DNA of 46,547 nucleotides, taken from NCBI GenBank assembly GCA_036823195.1, contig DAISGI010000016.1, positions 1 to 46,547 of the forward strand, given 5' to 3'. The stretch is from Bacillota bacterium. Its GTDB lineage: Bacteria; Bacillota; Clostridia; Caldicoprobacterales; DTU083. Under the pieces are notes generated by a model. That model worked only from the letters and a program-made list of their open reading frames with translations, did no database searches and was not told the origin of the DNA. The translations under genes were made by a program, and so were the position numbers. Each line of letters begins with the position of its first letter. Position 1 is the stretch's first letter. Below, piece by piece: positions 27,650-38,011 of the stretch.

Positions 27650-29500
27650 TTATTCCTTGCTCCCTGTTGTCTTGTGCTTTTTCCGGTGCAGAAACGAAAA
27701 CTTGCCGGAACCTTTTGCCAGATAGACCAATGCTCCGATAATCAATACACATACCAGGACAACCACGATCAGAACAACCCGAAGCAGGGTACCCTTGCCG
27801 GACAGACCGCCCTTTCCCACTTTAATGGTCAGCGGCTCGCTTTTTACCGTAAACTTCTGCCCATTCTCGTCCGTCCCGTTGACCTCCATGAAAAAGTCTT
27901 CCGTCTTCTCCACCCGGAAGGTCGTCACCGGGATCGTTTTCTTTTCCCCCGGATTCAGGACAGACAGGTTGTCAATGACCATCCTGCGGTCCATGAGAGT
28001 CAATACCAGGTTATACAGGGGCTCTGTTCCCGTATTCTCAATCACACATTTCAATTCCGCGGTCCCGGGTTTCTTCAGGGAAGCTTTTCTCGAAGTCAGA
28101 CGGACGGTCAGATCCTGACTCAATTCGCCTCCGATGGGAAGTTCCAGTTCAGACGCCTCATAACTGTAATTTTCATTGGTCACGGCATCCTTCGCTCTCA
28201 GGGTAGCCCTGCTGACGGCATCTTTTTCAATGGTCAGCTCCTTGTCGGTATGCACTTCCTGCCCGGCCTCAATCTGTTCAAATGTGTCGATTTCCCCGAA
28301 ATCAGGCTCCTCCAGCACAACATCCTTCAAGTCCACGTTTCCGGTATTGCGGATCACATATTCCAGGGTAAAAGGTTCCCCCGCCGTGATATTCTCCGGC
28401 AGCACAGAGCGTTCAATCTCCACCTGCGGCTGCAGCCGATCCATATGGACATCACAGGAAGACTGGATCAGCTGGTTGGTGTCCTCAACCCGGGCCTGCG
28501 CCGTCAGTTGATAGGTTTTATCCGGCTTGACGGTCCCGGCAAAGCTTGCGGAAGTTTCTTCACCGGGTAAAAGCTGCTCCAGGGTATAAAACACCTTTTG
28601 ATTCCAGTCCAGACACTCCAGGTTTTTCAAAGTGGTATTGCCCGTATTCTTTATTTTCAGCTTGACAGTAACGGATTCCTTCCCCGGCCCCGGTATCAGT
28701 TTTTTATTCGTCTTGCCGGTAATGGACAGGGATGACACCGGCGCTTCCTGCTTGATTGCGATCTTCAGGCCCGTATCAAAGGTTTGCCGAAGTTTCCCAC
28801 CCGATCCCAGGGGATCATCGTACTCTATCACGATATTTCCATTGATCGCCTTATCCAGGGAGACCGTCGTTTCCACGGTTTTCCTTTCTCCGGGCGCAAG
28901 CGCACTGATGGTGCCCAATGTCTTTCCGAGATCGCTGTCCGTAATCGTCAGATTTTTCAGAGTGACATTTGCCCCGGACTGCACTTCCACCTTCATGGCC
29001 GCCTGTTCGCCTTTGAAAACCGGTCCCTTCTGCGAGGAGGAATAGGCCGCACTCATGCTGTCATTGATCGCATAAAACGGGGCCTTCCCTTCCGCCTCCT
29101 GCTCCTGCCGGTCCTCTGCCCCGGCATAACGGATGTGACACGTGATATTGCCCGTACCACCTGCCGCGTCTGCGGAAAAATTCCTGCCGTATAAGGATAA
29201 ATTCTCTCCCGGCCCGATTTCTTCCTTTCCGCCCAGATTAATGGAAAAGTCCCCGCCCGGCACACTTTCCACAGCGCTCAGGATCCGGATGCCCTGCGCA
29301 CTTTTGTTCTGAATCAGGTATGCTCCGCGGCAAGTCCCGCCGGGTGATATAAAGAGCTTTCCATCTATACTGGATATATTACCGGTTATTTCGGCGGAAA
29401 CCGCCACATCGCCGTCTGCGTGAACCGTGCCGGCCACGGCGGAAAACGAGACAACAAAAAGAATCATGCAAAGCAACAGACTGATCATTCGTTTTCTCAT
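27650..29500 (-). CDS. Large cell-surface protein. Signal peptide, repeated Ig-like (DUF11/CARDB-like) beta-rich domains and a C-terminal TM anchor.
   Basis: N-terminus MRKRMISLLLCMILFVVSFSAVAG. Repeated 'NTGN..L.N' and 'TV.L.V.NTG...L' blocks. C-terminal LLRVVLIVVVLVCVLIIGALVYLAKG then KKHK. RBS GGGGGAA. Confidence 0.6.
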   Translation of the reverse strand: MRKRMISLLLCMILFVVSFSAVAGTVHADGDVAVSAEITGNISSIDGKLFISPGGTCRGAYLIQNKSAQGIRILSAVESVPGGDFSINLGGKEEIGPGENLSLYGRNFSADAAGGTGNITCHIRYAGAEDRQEQEAEGKAPFYAINDSMSAAYSSSQKGPVFKGEQAAMKVEVQSGANVTLKNLTITDSDLGKTLGTISALAPGERKTVETTVSLDKAINGNIVIEYDDPLGSGGKLRQTFDTGLKIAIKQEAPVSSLSITGKTNKKLIPGPGKESVTVKLKIKNTGNTTLKNLECLDWNQKVFYTLEQLLPGEETSASFAGTVKPDKTYQLTAQARVEDTNQLIQSSCDVHMDRLQPQVEIERSVLPENITAGEPFTLEYVIRNTGNVDLKDVVLEEPDFGEIDTFEQIEAGQEVHTDKELTIEKDAVSRATLRAKDAVTNENYSYEASELELPIGGELSQDLTVRLTSRKASLKKPGTAELKCVIENTGTEPLYNLVLTLMDRRMVIDNLSVLNPGEKKTIPVTTFRVEKTEDFFMEVNGTDENGQKFTVKSEPLTIKVGKGGLSGKGTLLRVVLIVVVLVCVLIIGALVYLAKGSGKFSFLHRKKHKTTGSKE

Positions 29501-29743
29501 TGCAATTCCCCCAAACCTTGTTTTCCAAAATGCCATGCTGCCATTTTATTTCCATTCATTTTGTTTTATGACATCTTATTATATCACAAGCCTGCCTTCA
29601 ATAAAAAGAGAAGGCTGCAGGCACTGTTTACAAAATGCTTAATTCTTTTCAAACTTTCTGTTACATATGGAATCCTAAGGAATGATTCCCTGAAGTTTTC
29701 AGCATACTAACAAAAACCGATAAAATATGGAGGCTCTCGGAAT

Positions 29744-31219
29744 ATGGGTAAATGGAAATCCGATTTCAGCAAGGCAACGAAAAATGGGATCCCTGTCCTG
29801 GGAAAGCTGGCCGCCCTGGGAGCGATCGGAACACTGGGCGCAATGGGGATCAAAGCATTGAGCCGGCTTGCGGTAAACCAGGCAAGCGACAGCTTTTTGA
29901 AAAAAATTACCAGCCAGGAGTATGATAAGAATCTTTTCGAGGTAGTCTCTTCCACCCTTCGAATCCATCCGCAGGTGATACTGGAAACAGAGCTCCGGGC
30001 CGAATCCGGAAAGGTGCTGGAGCGGCCCATGGGATCCACCGGTATGTTCCCCGGGCTGGATGACATAAAGTTCAATATCGCCCAGATCAATACCATGCCT
30101 GCCGAAATCAATGCGGAAGTGGACAGTTCGGTCACCATCGGCAAGTATGCAAAAAGGCCGCTGACCACAAACCATTTCATGATGCTGGCCCCCATGGCAT
30201 ACGGCCTCGCACTCAGTAAACCGGTGAAGATGGCGCTGGCAAGGGGATGCGCAGCAGCAGGAGTCATCTATCATACCGGAGCAGGCGCCATTCCGGCGGA
30301 TATCCTGAACCAGGCAGGTCCCTTTGTTTTTCAATATGGCCGGGGAAACTGGCCCATTGCACAGGATGCCCTGCTGAAAAGCCAGGCCGTCGAAATTCAG
30401 TTCGGCCAGGGTGCCTTTGCCGGAGTCGGGTTCACGATGGAATCGAAGCTCGTGGCGAAAGAGCTTAGAAAGGAACTGAAATTAAAGAAAGGAAGGGATC
30501 TGATCACCTACTCCAGGCAGGCAGAAGTGCAGAACCCCGGGCAATTAAAAAAGTTGGTGGATAAGCTTCGCACCATGACCGACGGCGTGCCCATCGGCGT
30601 AAAAATAGCAGCAGGCAGGGATCTGGAAAAGGATTTGGCCTGGATCTGTGACAGTGAAGTGGACTTTATCGTTCTCGACGGGGCAGAAGCTGCGACATTC
30701 GGTTCGCCGCCCATCCTTCAGGATGATTTCGGCATTCCCACTGCTTTTGCCGTTCACCGTGCGGACAAATGGATGGAGCAGCACGGATACCGGGAAAGAA
30801 TTTCCCTTATTGTTTCCGGCCGGATCCGCACTCCCGGAGATGCGCTGAAGGTGAAAGCGCTGGGCGCCGATGCCTGCCAGATCGGATCCATCGCACTGGT
30901 GGCAGTATCCCATGGTCAGATCCACAAAGCCCTGCCCTTTGAGCCGCCCACTTCAATAGTCTGGTATGACGGGGAGTCTGCCGATCGGTTTAATATAGAA
31001 GTCGGCGCCCGCTCCCTTCAGAACTTCCTGAAATCCTGCAAACTGGAGATGGAGGACGGGATCCGTGCCCTGGGAAAAACTTCCCTGTCCCAGGTGGATA
31101 AAACGGATCTGGTGACCACCAACGAAATGTATGCGAAAGGACTGGATATCCCCATGGTCTATGTCCCGTCGGACCCTTTGGAACCGAAGCCTCCAAAGGT
31201 GAGAAAGCTGAAACTGTAA
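29744..31219 (+). CDS. FMN-binding glutamate-synthase-related protein (GltB central-domain homologue) with an N-terminal membrane anchor.
   Basis: TIM-barrel GltS-FMN-like blocks (MLAPMAYGLALSKP, GVPIGVKIAAG, DFIVLDGAEAATFGSPP, SLIVSGRIRTPGD). N-terminal hydrophobic helix. Confidence 0.8.
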   Translation: MGKWKSDFSKATKNGIPVLGKLAALGAIGTLGAMGIKALSRLAVNQASDSFLKKITSQEYDKNLFEVVSSTLRIHPQVILETELRAESGKVLERPMGSTGMFPGLDDIKFNIAQINTMPAEINAEVDSSVTIGKYAKRPLTTNHFMMLAPMAYGLALSKPVKMALARGCAAAGVIYHTGAGAIPADILNQAGPFVFQYGRGNWPIAQDALLKSQAVEIQFGQGAFAGVGFTMESKLVAKELRKELKLKKGRDLITYSRQAEVQNPGQLKKLVDKLRTMTDGVPIGVKIAAGRDLEKDLAWICDSEVDFIVLDGAEAATFGSPPILQDDFGIPTAFAVHRADKWMEQHGYRERISLIVSGRIRTPGDALKVKALGADACQIGSIALVAVSHGQIHKALPFEPPTSIVWYDGESADRFNIEVGARSLQNFLKSCKLEMEDGIRALGKTSLSQVDKTDLVTTNEMYAKGLDIPMVYVPSDPLEPKPPKVRKLKL

Positions 31220-31246
31220 AAACCTCAAAAAATATCTGACCTTTAT

Positions 31247-31275
31247 TGACTTTCACAAACCGGTATGCTAAACTG
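31247..31275 (+). promoter_or_regulatory. Sigma-A-like promoter (TTGACT-17-TAAACT) upstream of the metallopeptidase gene.
   Basis: Canonical -35 and 17-bp spacer. A 7-bp inverted repeat (TTCCCGG...CCGGGAA) in the 5' UTR abuts the RBS. Confidence 0.4.
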
Positions 31276-31366
31276 ATACCAATAAATCAATCAGACAGGG
31301 AAGTTCCCGGAAGGAATCCGTATTTCAGGGGTACTCCCGCCTGATCCCGGGAAAGGAGAAGTTTGG

Positions 31367-32065
31367 ATGTTTCCATTTTACTTTGATCCGACCTATGTTT
31401 TGCTGATCCCTGCCATACTTCTGGCAATTTATGCGCAGACAAGGGTTCAGACGACCTTCAATAAATATTCACAGATCCCGGCACGCAGTGGAATGACGGG
31501 AGCGGAAGTCGCCATGGCCCTGCTGAACAGCAATCATATTTATGATGTCAATATTGAGCCGGTCCATGGTCAACTGACAGACTATTATGATCCTCGCAGA
31601 AAGACTCTGAATCTGTCCGAAGGGGTATACCATTCCACATCCCTGGCCGCACTGGGTGTGACGGCTCATGAAGTGGGCCATGCGATCCAGCATGCGACAG
31701 GGTATGCCCCCTTGAAGGTCCGGAGTGCCATTGTCCCCGTCGCCAACATCGGTTCCAATCTGGCATTCCCTTTGCTTTTACTGGGAATCATCCTTGGCAA
31801 TCAGAAAGTGGCGTTTATCGGAGTGGCTGCATTCAGCCTGGCTGTTTTATTCCAGCTGGTCACCCTTCCGGTGGAGTACAATGCCAGCAACCGGGCAGTG
31901 GAAGCGCTTGAGGTGGGCGGCTATCTGGAAAGGGATGAAGTCCATTCGGCCCGCAAGGTACTGAATGCTGCCGCCATGACCTATATGGCCTCCACCCTGA
32001 TGGCAGTCCTGCAGCTGCTGAGACTGCTGATTCTGTCCGGGGCAGGCAACCGGCGCAGGGACTGA
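31367..32065 (+). CDS. Membrane-associated neutral zinc metallopeptidase (YpfJ/Zn_peptidase_2 family).
   Basis: HExxH as AHEVGHAIQH. N-terminal TM helix and a C-terminal TM pair. Confidence 0.8.
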   Translation: MFPFYFDPTYVLLIPAILLAIYAQTRVQTTFNKYSQIPARSGMTGAEVAMALLNSNHIYDVNIEPVHGQLTDYYDPRRKTLNLSEGVYHSTSLAALGVTAHEVGHAIQHATGYAPLKVRSAIVPVANIGSNLAFPLLLLGIILGNQKVAFIGVAAFSLAVLFQLVTLPVEYNASNRAVEALEVGGYLERDEVHSARKVLNAAAMTYMASTLMAVLQLLRLLILSGAGNRRRD

Positions 32066-32072
32066 TGGATGA

Positions 32073-33320
32073 TTATTTTACCGTCAGCTTATGATAAACC
32101 TTTTTACCTTTTCGGATCATCAGGCTTCCGTCCTGCAGATCCTTCTCTGTCAGGGTACGATTGAAGTCCCCGATTCTCTCGTCATTGACATAGACGCCGC
32201 CCTGCTGGATCAGCCTGCGTCCTTCCCCTTTGGAAGGAATCAGCTTCAGATAGGATAACATATCCAGTATTTTGCTGTTTTCGCGGAATTCCTCTGCAGA
32301 AAGAACCGTACCGGGTACCTGCGCATCAGCAGTTCCCTTCCCGAACAGTGCTTCCGCAGCTGCCTGGGCTTTGTCTGCTTCTTTCTTTCCGTGAACAATC
32401 CTTGTCACTTCATAGGCAAGGATCTTTTTTGCTTCATTGATTCCCTCATCCTTCTGATTCCCCAGCCGGTTCACCTCTTCCATCGGCAGGAATGTCAGCA
32501 TGGCAAGGGAATTCCTTACATCCGCATCATCTATATTTCTCCAGTATTGATAGAAGTCATAGGGAGACGTCCTGTCCGGGTCCAGCCACAGGGCGCCGGC
32601 TTCTGTCTTGCCCATTTTCTTTCCGTTGGCAGTGGTTAAAAGACGGAATGTCAAGCCGTATGCCGGAGTCCCTTTTATCTTGCGGATCAGATCCACGCCG
32701 CCCAGAATGTTGGACCACTGATCGTCCCCGCCCAGCTGCAGCTTGCAGTTGTATTTTCGGTTCAGTTCCAGGAAATCATAGCTTTGCATCAGCATATAGT
32801 TGAATTCCAGAAAAGAAAGGCCCTTTTCCATACGGGTGCGGAAACACTCTGCAGTCAGCATGCGATTCACGGAAAAATGGATGCCGATTTCCCTCAGAAA
32901 GTCCACATAGTTCAAATTCAGCAGCCAATCTGCGTTATTGACCAAAATGGCCTTCCCATCTGAAAAATCCAAAAATCTGGAAAGCTGTTTCTGAAAAGAA
33001 CGGCAATTCTCCTCCACTGTTTCCCGGGTCATCATTTTACGCATATCGGTCTTCCCGGTGGGATCGCCGACCATGCCTGTCCCGCCGCCAACCAGCACAA
33101 TGGGCCGGTGACCTGCCTTCTGCATGTGCATCATAATCATAATCTGGATAAAATGTCCCACATGCAGGCTGTCTGCCGTAGGATCAAAACCAATATAAAA
33201 GGTAACAGGTTCTCTGCCCAGCAGGTCCCGGATTTCCACTTCATGAGTCGCCTGCGCCAGATAACCCCGTTCCTTCAATACGTCATAAACATTGGTATAA
33301 TTGTTGCTCTCATTACTCAT
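32073..33320 (-). CDS. tyrS: Tyrosine--tRNA ligase.
   Basis: HIGH motif (HVGH). KMSKS motif (KMGKT). GDPTGK block. C-terminal S4 domain. Start at [10 protein letters not shown] with GGAGGG RBS. The ORF track's 40-codon upstream extension is probably 5' UTR. Confidence 0.9.
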   Translation of the reverse strand: MSNESNNYTNVYDVLKERGYLAQATHEVEIRDLLGREPVTFYIGFDPTADSLHVGHFIQIMIMMHMQKAGHRPIVLVGGGTGMVGDPTGKTDMRKMMTRETVEENCRSFQKQLSRFLDFSDGKAILVNNADWLLNLNYVDFLREIGIHFSVNRMLTAECFRTRMEKGLSFLEFNYMLMQSYDFLELNRKYNCKLQLGGDDQWSNILGGVDLIRKIKGTPAYGLTFRLLTTANGKKMGKTEAGALWLDPDRTSPYDFYQYWRNIDDADVRNSLAMLTFLPMEEVNRLGNQKDEGINEAKKILAYEVTRIVHGKKEADKAQAAAEALFGKGTADAQVPGTVLSAEEFRENSKILDMLSYLKLIPSKGEGRRLIQQGGVYVNDERIGDFNRTLTEKDLQDGSLMIRKGKKVYHKLTVK

Positions 33321-33461
33321 CCGAATCCCTCCAAATGCATCATGGCTTTTATTGTACCTTCTGATCCGGAAAAGTGCAAGGCAAAGAAACGTCCCATTGC
33401 GTTTTAGGAGACCAAAACCGGGTAACAATAACATAAGCATAAAATAAAGGAGGAGTTTGAC

Positions 33462-33833
33462 ATGTCAATAGGAAAATACCTGCAAACCGGAGACTGGAAG
33501 GGAGAAAAGCACGTACCCATCATTCACGTTCCCGATAAAATAAAAGAGGGCGAAGAATTTGAACTGAAGGTCTCCATCGGAGACGCCATCAGGCATCCCA
33601 ACACTCTGGAGCATCATATCTGCTGGATCAAGGTGTTCTATGTGGAAAAGGACGGGAAATTCCCGGTGGAACTGGCAACCTTCAATTTCCAGGCACACGG
33701 GGAGGCAGGCGCCTTTACGGAACCCGTCGGCGTCACCCAGGTAAAACTGCATGCTACTGGTAAGATCTACGCCGTCAGTTACTGCAATATCCACGGCCTG
33801 TGGGAAAACAGCAAGGATATCACCGTGGAATAA
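33462..33833 (+). CDS. Superoxide reductase (desulfoferrodoxin/neelaredoxin family, single-domain class).
   Basis: [21 protein letters not shown] and CNIHGLWE iron-ligand motifs. 123 aa. RBS AAGGAGG. Confidence 0.85.
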   Translation: MSIGKYLQTGDWKGEKHVPIIHVPDKIKEGEEFELKVSIGDAIRHPNTLEHHICWIKVFYVEKDGKFPVELATFNFQAHGEAGAFTEPVGVTQVKLHATGKIYAVSYCNIHGLWENSKDITVE

Positions 33834-33944
33834 TTCATCACCATCAACGATTTCTTCCAACGGCAAGGGAATTGCCTGGCAGAAACAGCTAAGGCTAACA
33901 GCAGAGACTAACAATAAAGATTAACAGCAAAGACTAAAAGCAAA

Positions 33945-33990
33945 GACTGCTGCAAACAGGATTGCAGCAGTCTCCCTTTTCCCTTTATCC
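33945..33990. terminator. Strong bidirectional rho-independent terminator between the convergent superoxide reductase and acetyltransferase genes.
   Basis: GACTGCTGCA-aacaggat-TGCAGCAGTC followed by TCCCTTTTCCCTTTAT. A T-rich tract is also present on the reverse side. Confidence 0.75.
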
Positions 33991-34013
33991 TTCCCGTTTA
34001 TTTTTAATGGTCA

Positions 34014-34686
34014 TCAGGCCTTCCATTCCACATCTTCCCGGATAATCCGCATGGGATTGCCAACGGCAAGACAGTTTGGCGGCACGTCCTTATTGACCAG
34101 TGTGTCCGCTCCGATTACAGCATTGTCTCCAATCGTCACACCTTTTAAAACAGTACAGTTGCATCCGATCCACACATGATCCCCGATTCGGACCGGCTTC
34201 ACGAGTTCATTCTCCGTATCATCCGGATAATGAATATGATGAAAATCCGTATCCAGGATGGTGGTATTCCAGGCAATGGCACAGTCGTTTCCGATGTCAA
34301 TCCGATTAGCACAGTACACGACGGAAGAAGCCGTAATATAGGTATTGTCCCCGATGGACAGCGTCGCACCCGGGCCTGTTACAATCCCCACGCCCGGTCC
34401 CAGCTTCACCTTGCCCATCACATGAAAAACAGAATCCCGGTACATCCGGACAGAGGATTTGGCATGCACCATATCCCCAATATACTTGCCGCCCAGGTAC
34501 AACCTTCGGTCAATGATCAGCCTGGCGCCGGGTCCCCTGGTAATGGTACTCCCGAAATCCGCAAACACCCGGAACCGGTAGAAGCTCCGTATGGAGTGAA
34601 AAAGGTTCAGGAAAAAACTATATATCACATTTAAAATCAGCTTCGGATTCATCCGGAGCGCACGGGTCATTTTTGTATTAAACATT
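34014..34686 (-). CDS. Left-handed beta-helix (hexapeptide-repeat) O-acetyltransferase, WcaF/maltose-acetyltransferase-like.
   Basis: Hexapeptide repeats (IGDHVWIGCNCTVLKGVTIGDNAVIGADTLVNKDVPPNCLAVGNP). Start uncertain; the in-frame M at MFNTK was chosen. Confidence 0.6.
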
Positions 34687-34865
34687 GGCTTATCCACGGA
34701 CAGCCAGCCTCCGTTCCATATAATCTGACAATTCCTGCAACAACCATTATACCACAGGCCCGGGAAAATTGTTGCCATTTTTGCGAATGATATACCTCCC
34801 CCTGCACCTCAAGCAGACAGTCGCTGTCCCCCGGCGTCTGCCTGATTCCCTGAGACCCCTTTAAA

Positions 34866-34911
34866 AAAAGGCATCCCCCCTCAAAGCTGAGGAAGGATGC
34901 CCGGAAGGGCC
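34866..34911 (-). terminator. Rho-independent terminator of the alpha-mannosidase gene.
   Basis: On the minus strand: GGCATCC-ttCCTCAgcttTGAGGgg-GGATGCC followed by TTTTTTTAAAGGGG. Confidence 0.6.
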
Positions 34912-34938
34912 ATGAAAAGATGCCCTCCACAATATTGC

Positions 34939-37905
34939 CTATTTACCTGCCATATCCATGACAAATGTCGTAATCTCATACGGATTCATATGCAGATGCA
35001 GCCTGCGGCCCTGCGGAAGGAGCGTTTGCTCCGGCTTTTCCATCAGGTTGCACAGGGTAACTTTCTCCACCCCTGCCGGAAGGGTAATGCAGCAGTCCGT
35101 GCTTTCCCCATAGGTTTCATACATCCGGATCACAATTCCGTCATGCTCTTCTGCCTTTTTGATGGTGGAAAGAATCACATTGTCCCGATCCACCGTTACG
35201 AAACTCTCCTCCGGGCACAGGGTACCGGTTCCCTTATAGACTTTCAGCGGATTGTTGAAGGCGAGAGCGGTCTGCTCCACCAGGGCTTTGTGCTCATTCC
35301 CGGCATGCGGATAAAGGGCATAGCGGAAGGTATGCTCTCCCTGGTCAGCGTCCCTGCCCGGGCTGTTGGTGCTGCGGAGAAGCGCCAGATCCAGCACGTT
35401 GTCATAGAGTTTATGACCATATTTGCAGTCATTCAGCAAAGCCACTCCATAATCTTCACGGGAAAGATCCACCCATTTATGGGCACAGCGTTCAAACCGG
35501 GAACGCTGCCATGTGGTATTCCGGTTCGTGCTGTACCGGATGTTTCCAAACTGGATATCGCACGTCACTTCCTCCGCATCCACCACAACCGGGAAGGAAG
35601 TCCGAAGCATTTTCTGCTTTTCATGCCAGTCCACCTTCGTGTCAAACTGCAGAAGCCTGCTGCCCTGCTGCAGATAGATGGTTTGCTGAAGATCGGAATC
35701 GCCAAAACGGTAATGCTGACTCATCACTGCATTTACCCCGTCCAGAAAGGCTCTTTGCTCCACCAGCTCAAATGCGCGGGGTTTCTGCTCGTCATAGTAC
35801 ACTTCAATGTCCCATGCGTTTCCGTCTTCTTCGTTATAAACGGCCAGCCGGTTTGCCACCTGCCCGTCCGGCAGAACTTCCACTCCGTTCTGCTTGTCAA
35901 AAATAGAGAGAATGCTTCCGTCCCCGCCAAACCGCACGTTCAGATTTTCATTTTCAATCCGAAGATCTTCAGCCAGCAGTGCGGTGCTCTGTGCCGCCTT
36001 TTCAAACTGTCCGGCCGCCGCGAATGCCGGTACCGTCACCTGATACCACCCGTCGTCCTTCTTCAGATATTCCGTCCGGTCAAACCCCTGGGTATTCACA
36101 GCCAACTCTCCGGAGAACAGGTCTTCATACAGCTCCCTGGTCATTTTCCGGGTCTTGTCATAAAGAATCCGATAGCGGGGGACACTCTCATCGTAAACCC
36201 GTTTGATGGCCGATCCCGGTATAATGTCATGGAACTGGTACAGCAGTACTTCCTTCCATATATCCGCGATCTCTTCCTGGGGATAGTTCTTCCCGCCGTA
36301 CTGTTTCGCCAGCACTGCCGCAAACTCCAGATCATGCAGGGCATTTTCCATGTAGCGGTTGTATTTCTTGTTGCGGGCCTGGGTTGTAAACGTGCCGCGG
36401 TGCTTCTCAAGATAGAGTCCGCCCCGCCACTCGGGATATTCCTCCGTGTTCCGGTCAATATCATGGAAGAAATCCCTGGCAAAGCGCTGTACCGTTGGAG
36501 ACAGTCCCTCCAGGTTCTTCATCCTTTTCAGCTTTTCCAGATGATAGGCAGAAGGGCCGCCGCCGCCGTCTCCCACGCCGAACAGTGCCAGTGCCTGATC
36601 GCACAGGCCCTTCTCATGATAGTTCTTTTCAATCTTCCTTACCGATGCCGGGGAAGCCTGGCTGTTATAGGTCTCCTCCGGAAGCATATGCGCCAATACC
36701 ACAGAGCCGTCCAGTCCCTTCCAGCGGAAGGTATGATAAGGAAACGTATTATGATCGTTCCAGGACATTTTCTGCGTCATAAAATACTTCAGACCGCTTT
36801 TCCGCATAATCTGGGGAAGCGATGCCGTAAATCCAAAGCAGTCCGGCAGCCATACATTATCCACTTCCACATCAAATTCATCTTTCCAGAATTTCGTGCC
36901 GAACAGGATCTGTCGGACCAGTGATTCCCCTCCGGGCAGGTTGGTATCCGCCTCAACCCACATTCCACCCTGGGGCTCAATCCGTCCCTCTTTTACACGC
37001 TCCTTGATCCGTTCAAAGAGCTGCGGATAATACATCTTCATCCAAAGCAACAACTGCGGCTGACTGACCCCAAAGACATAGTCCCCATAGCGGTTCATAA
37101 GATGGTCCACTGTGGAAAGGGTACGCGCGCCCTTGCGAATGGTCTCGCGAATCGGCCACAGCCATGCCAGATCGATATGGGCATGCCCAATGAAGTTTAC
37201 CGTCAGGGATGGAGTGCCGCCGACTTTCGACAGCTCTTTGCCTAGTATTTTCCTTGCATCCTTTGCTTCTTCCTCCGTGCCCTCATAAAAAACATTGATG
37301 GAATCGTTCAGTGCCCGGATGATGCTGGACCGCCTCGGCCCTTCCTCCATACAATGGAAAGCTTCCCTGAGGGTATAGAAATCATAATAAAAGGCCCGAA
37401 GCTCCGGATACAGAACCGCCACATAGGCTTCCTTCAAATCACCGCTGTCCACGTAATTGCCAAACAGGTCGTTGCAGCCGGCATCCACCCACAAATCAAT
37501 CCTGCCATCCTTTGTTTCGAGTAAATCCAGGGGAACGACATGCTTCCGGACCTCACCAAATTCATGAACGACACTGCCATGGGTCAGTCCGGTCAGAGGC
37601 CCGCGCTTCTCATCATAGCAAAGGCCTTCCCCGCTTATGTCAATCAGCAGAACCGTATTTTCCCCCCGACTCTCCGCCGGAATCTCCCCGGTAAAGTGCA
37701 TCCAGGCGCAGTCAAACAGATCTCCCCAGTGATCCCCCACCTTTAAGTCCCGTTTTTCACCGGTAAACCGGTCTTCATAGCGAACCGGCTCTTTGGTGAC
37801 ATAAGCAGTACAGCTTAAGTCCCCTATAACCTTATAATATCTGCGAACCAGTCTTCCCATAAAATTGTCGATGCGATGCATTGTGTTTTTCTCAAACTGA
37901 TACAT
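34939..37905 (-). CDS. GH38 alpha-mannosidase (MngB/YbgG-like).
   Basis: GH38 N-terminal catalytic blocks (HIDLAWLWP, WVEADTNLPGGESLVRQILFGTKFW). About 990 aa. Start at MYQFEKN with GGAAAGGGGAG RBS. Confidence 0.85.
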   Translation of the reverse strand: MYQFEKNTMHRIDNFMGRLVRRYYKVIGDLSCTAYVTKEPVRYEDRFTGEKRDLKVGDHWGDLFDCAWMHFTGEIPAESRGENTVLLIDISGEGLCYDEKRGPLTGLTHGSVVHEFGEVRKHVVPLDLLETKDGRIDLWVDAGCNDLFGNYVDSGDLKEAYVAVLYPELRAFYYDFYTLREAFHCMEEGPRRSSIIRALNDSINVFYEGTEEEAKDARKILGKELSKVGGTPSLTVNFIGHAHIDLAWLWPIRETIRKGARTLSTVDHLMNRYGDYVFGVSQPQLLLWMKMYYPQLFERIKERVKEGRIEPQGGMWVEADTNLPGGESLVRQILFGTKFWKDEFDVEVDNVWLPDCFGFTASLPQIMRKSGLKYFMTQKMSWNDHNTFPYHTFRWKGLDGSVVLAHMLPEETYNSQASPASVRKIEKNYHEKGLCDQALALFGVGDGGGGPSAYHLEKLKRMKNLEGLSPTVQRFARDFFHDIDRNTEEYPEWRGGLYLEKHRGTFTTQARNKKYNRYMENALHDLEFAAVLAKQYGGKNYPQEEIADIWKEVLLYQFHDIIPGSAIKRVYDESVPRYRILYDKTRKMTRELYEDLFSGELAVNTQGFDRTEYLKKDDGWYQVTVPAFAAAGQFEKAAQSTALLAEDLRIENENLNVRFGGDGSILSIFDKQNGVEVLPDGQVANRLAVYNEEDGNAWDIEVYYDEQKPRAFELVEQRAFLDGVNAVMSQHYRFGDSDLQQTIYLQQGSRLLQFDTKVDWHEKQKMLRTSFPVVVDAEEVTCDIQFGNIRYSTNRNTTWQRSRFERCAHKWVDLSREDYGVALLNDCKYGHKLYDNVLDLALLRSTNSPGRDADQGEHTFRYALYPHAGNEHKALVEQTALAFNNPLKVYKGTGTLCPEESFVTVDRDNVILSTIKKAEEHDGIVIRMYETYGESTDCCITLPAGVEKVTLCNLMEKPEQTLLPQGRRLHLHMNPYEITTFVMDMAGK

Positions 37906-37969
37906 TGGACTCCCCTTTCCTGCTGAAGGTTTCATTAACAAATGCAAAAGTAGATTATCACATATTTGT

Positions 37970-38011
37970 AACTATTTCAAGCAACTTATCATATGTATTT
38001 CAAGCAACTTA
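37970..38011. promoter_or_regulatory. Two 17-bp direct repeats (tatttcaagcaacttat), 25 bp apart, 65-105 nt upstream of the mannosidase start. Candidate regulator binding sites.
   Basis: Exact duplication read directly. Sits in the AT-rich divergent intergenic region. Confidence 0.3.

Noticed and set aside
33321-33461. Expected T-box riboswitch upstream of tyrS.
   Set aside because: No T-box consensus and no antiterminator/terminator pair is visible, and only 140 nt are available. Reported as an absence, not a feature.
34897-36924. 675-aa plus-strand ORF overlapping the alpha-mannosidase gene.
   Set aside because: Antisense frame kept open by codon bias. The minus-strand frame has clear GH38 motifs and a good RBS. 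The plus frame has neither.
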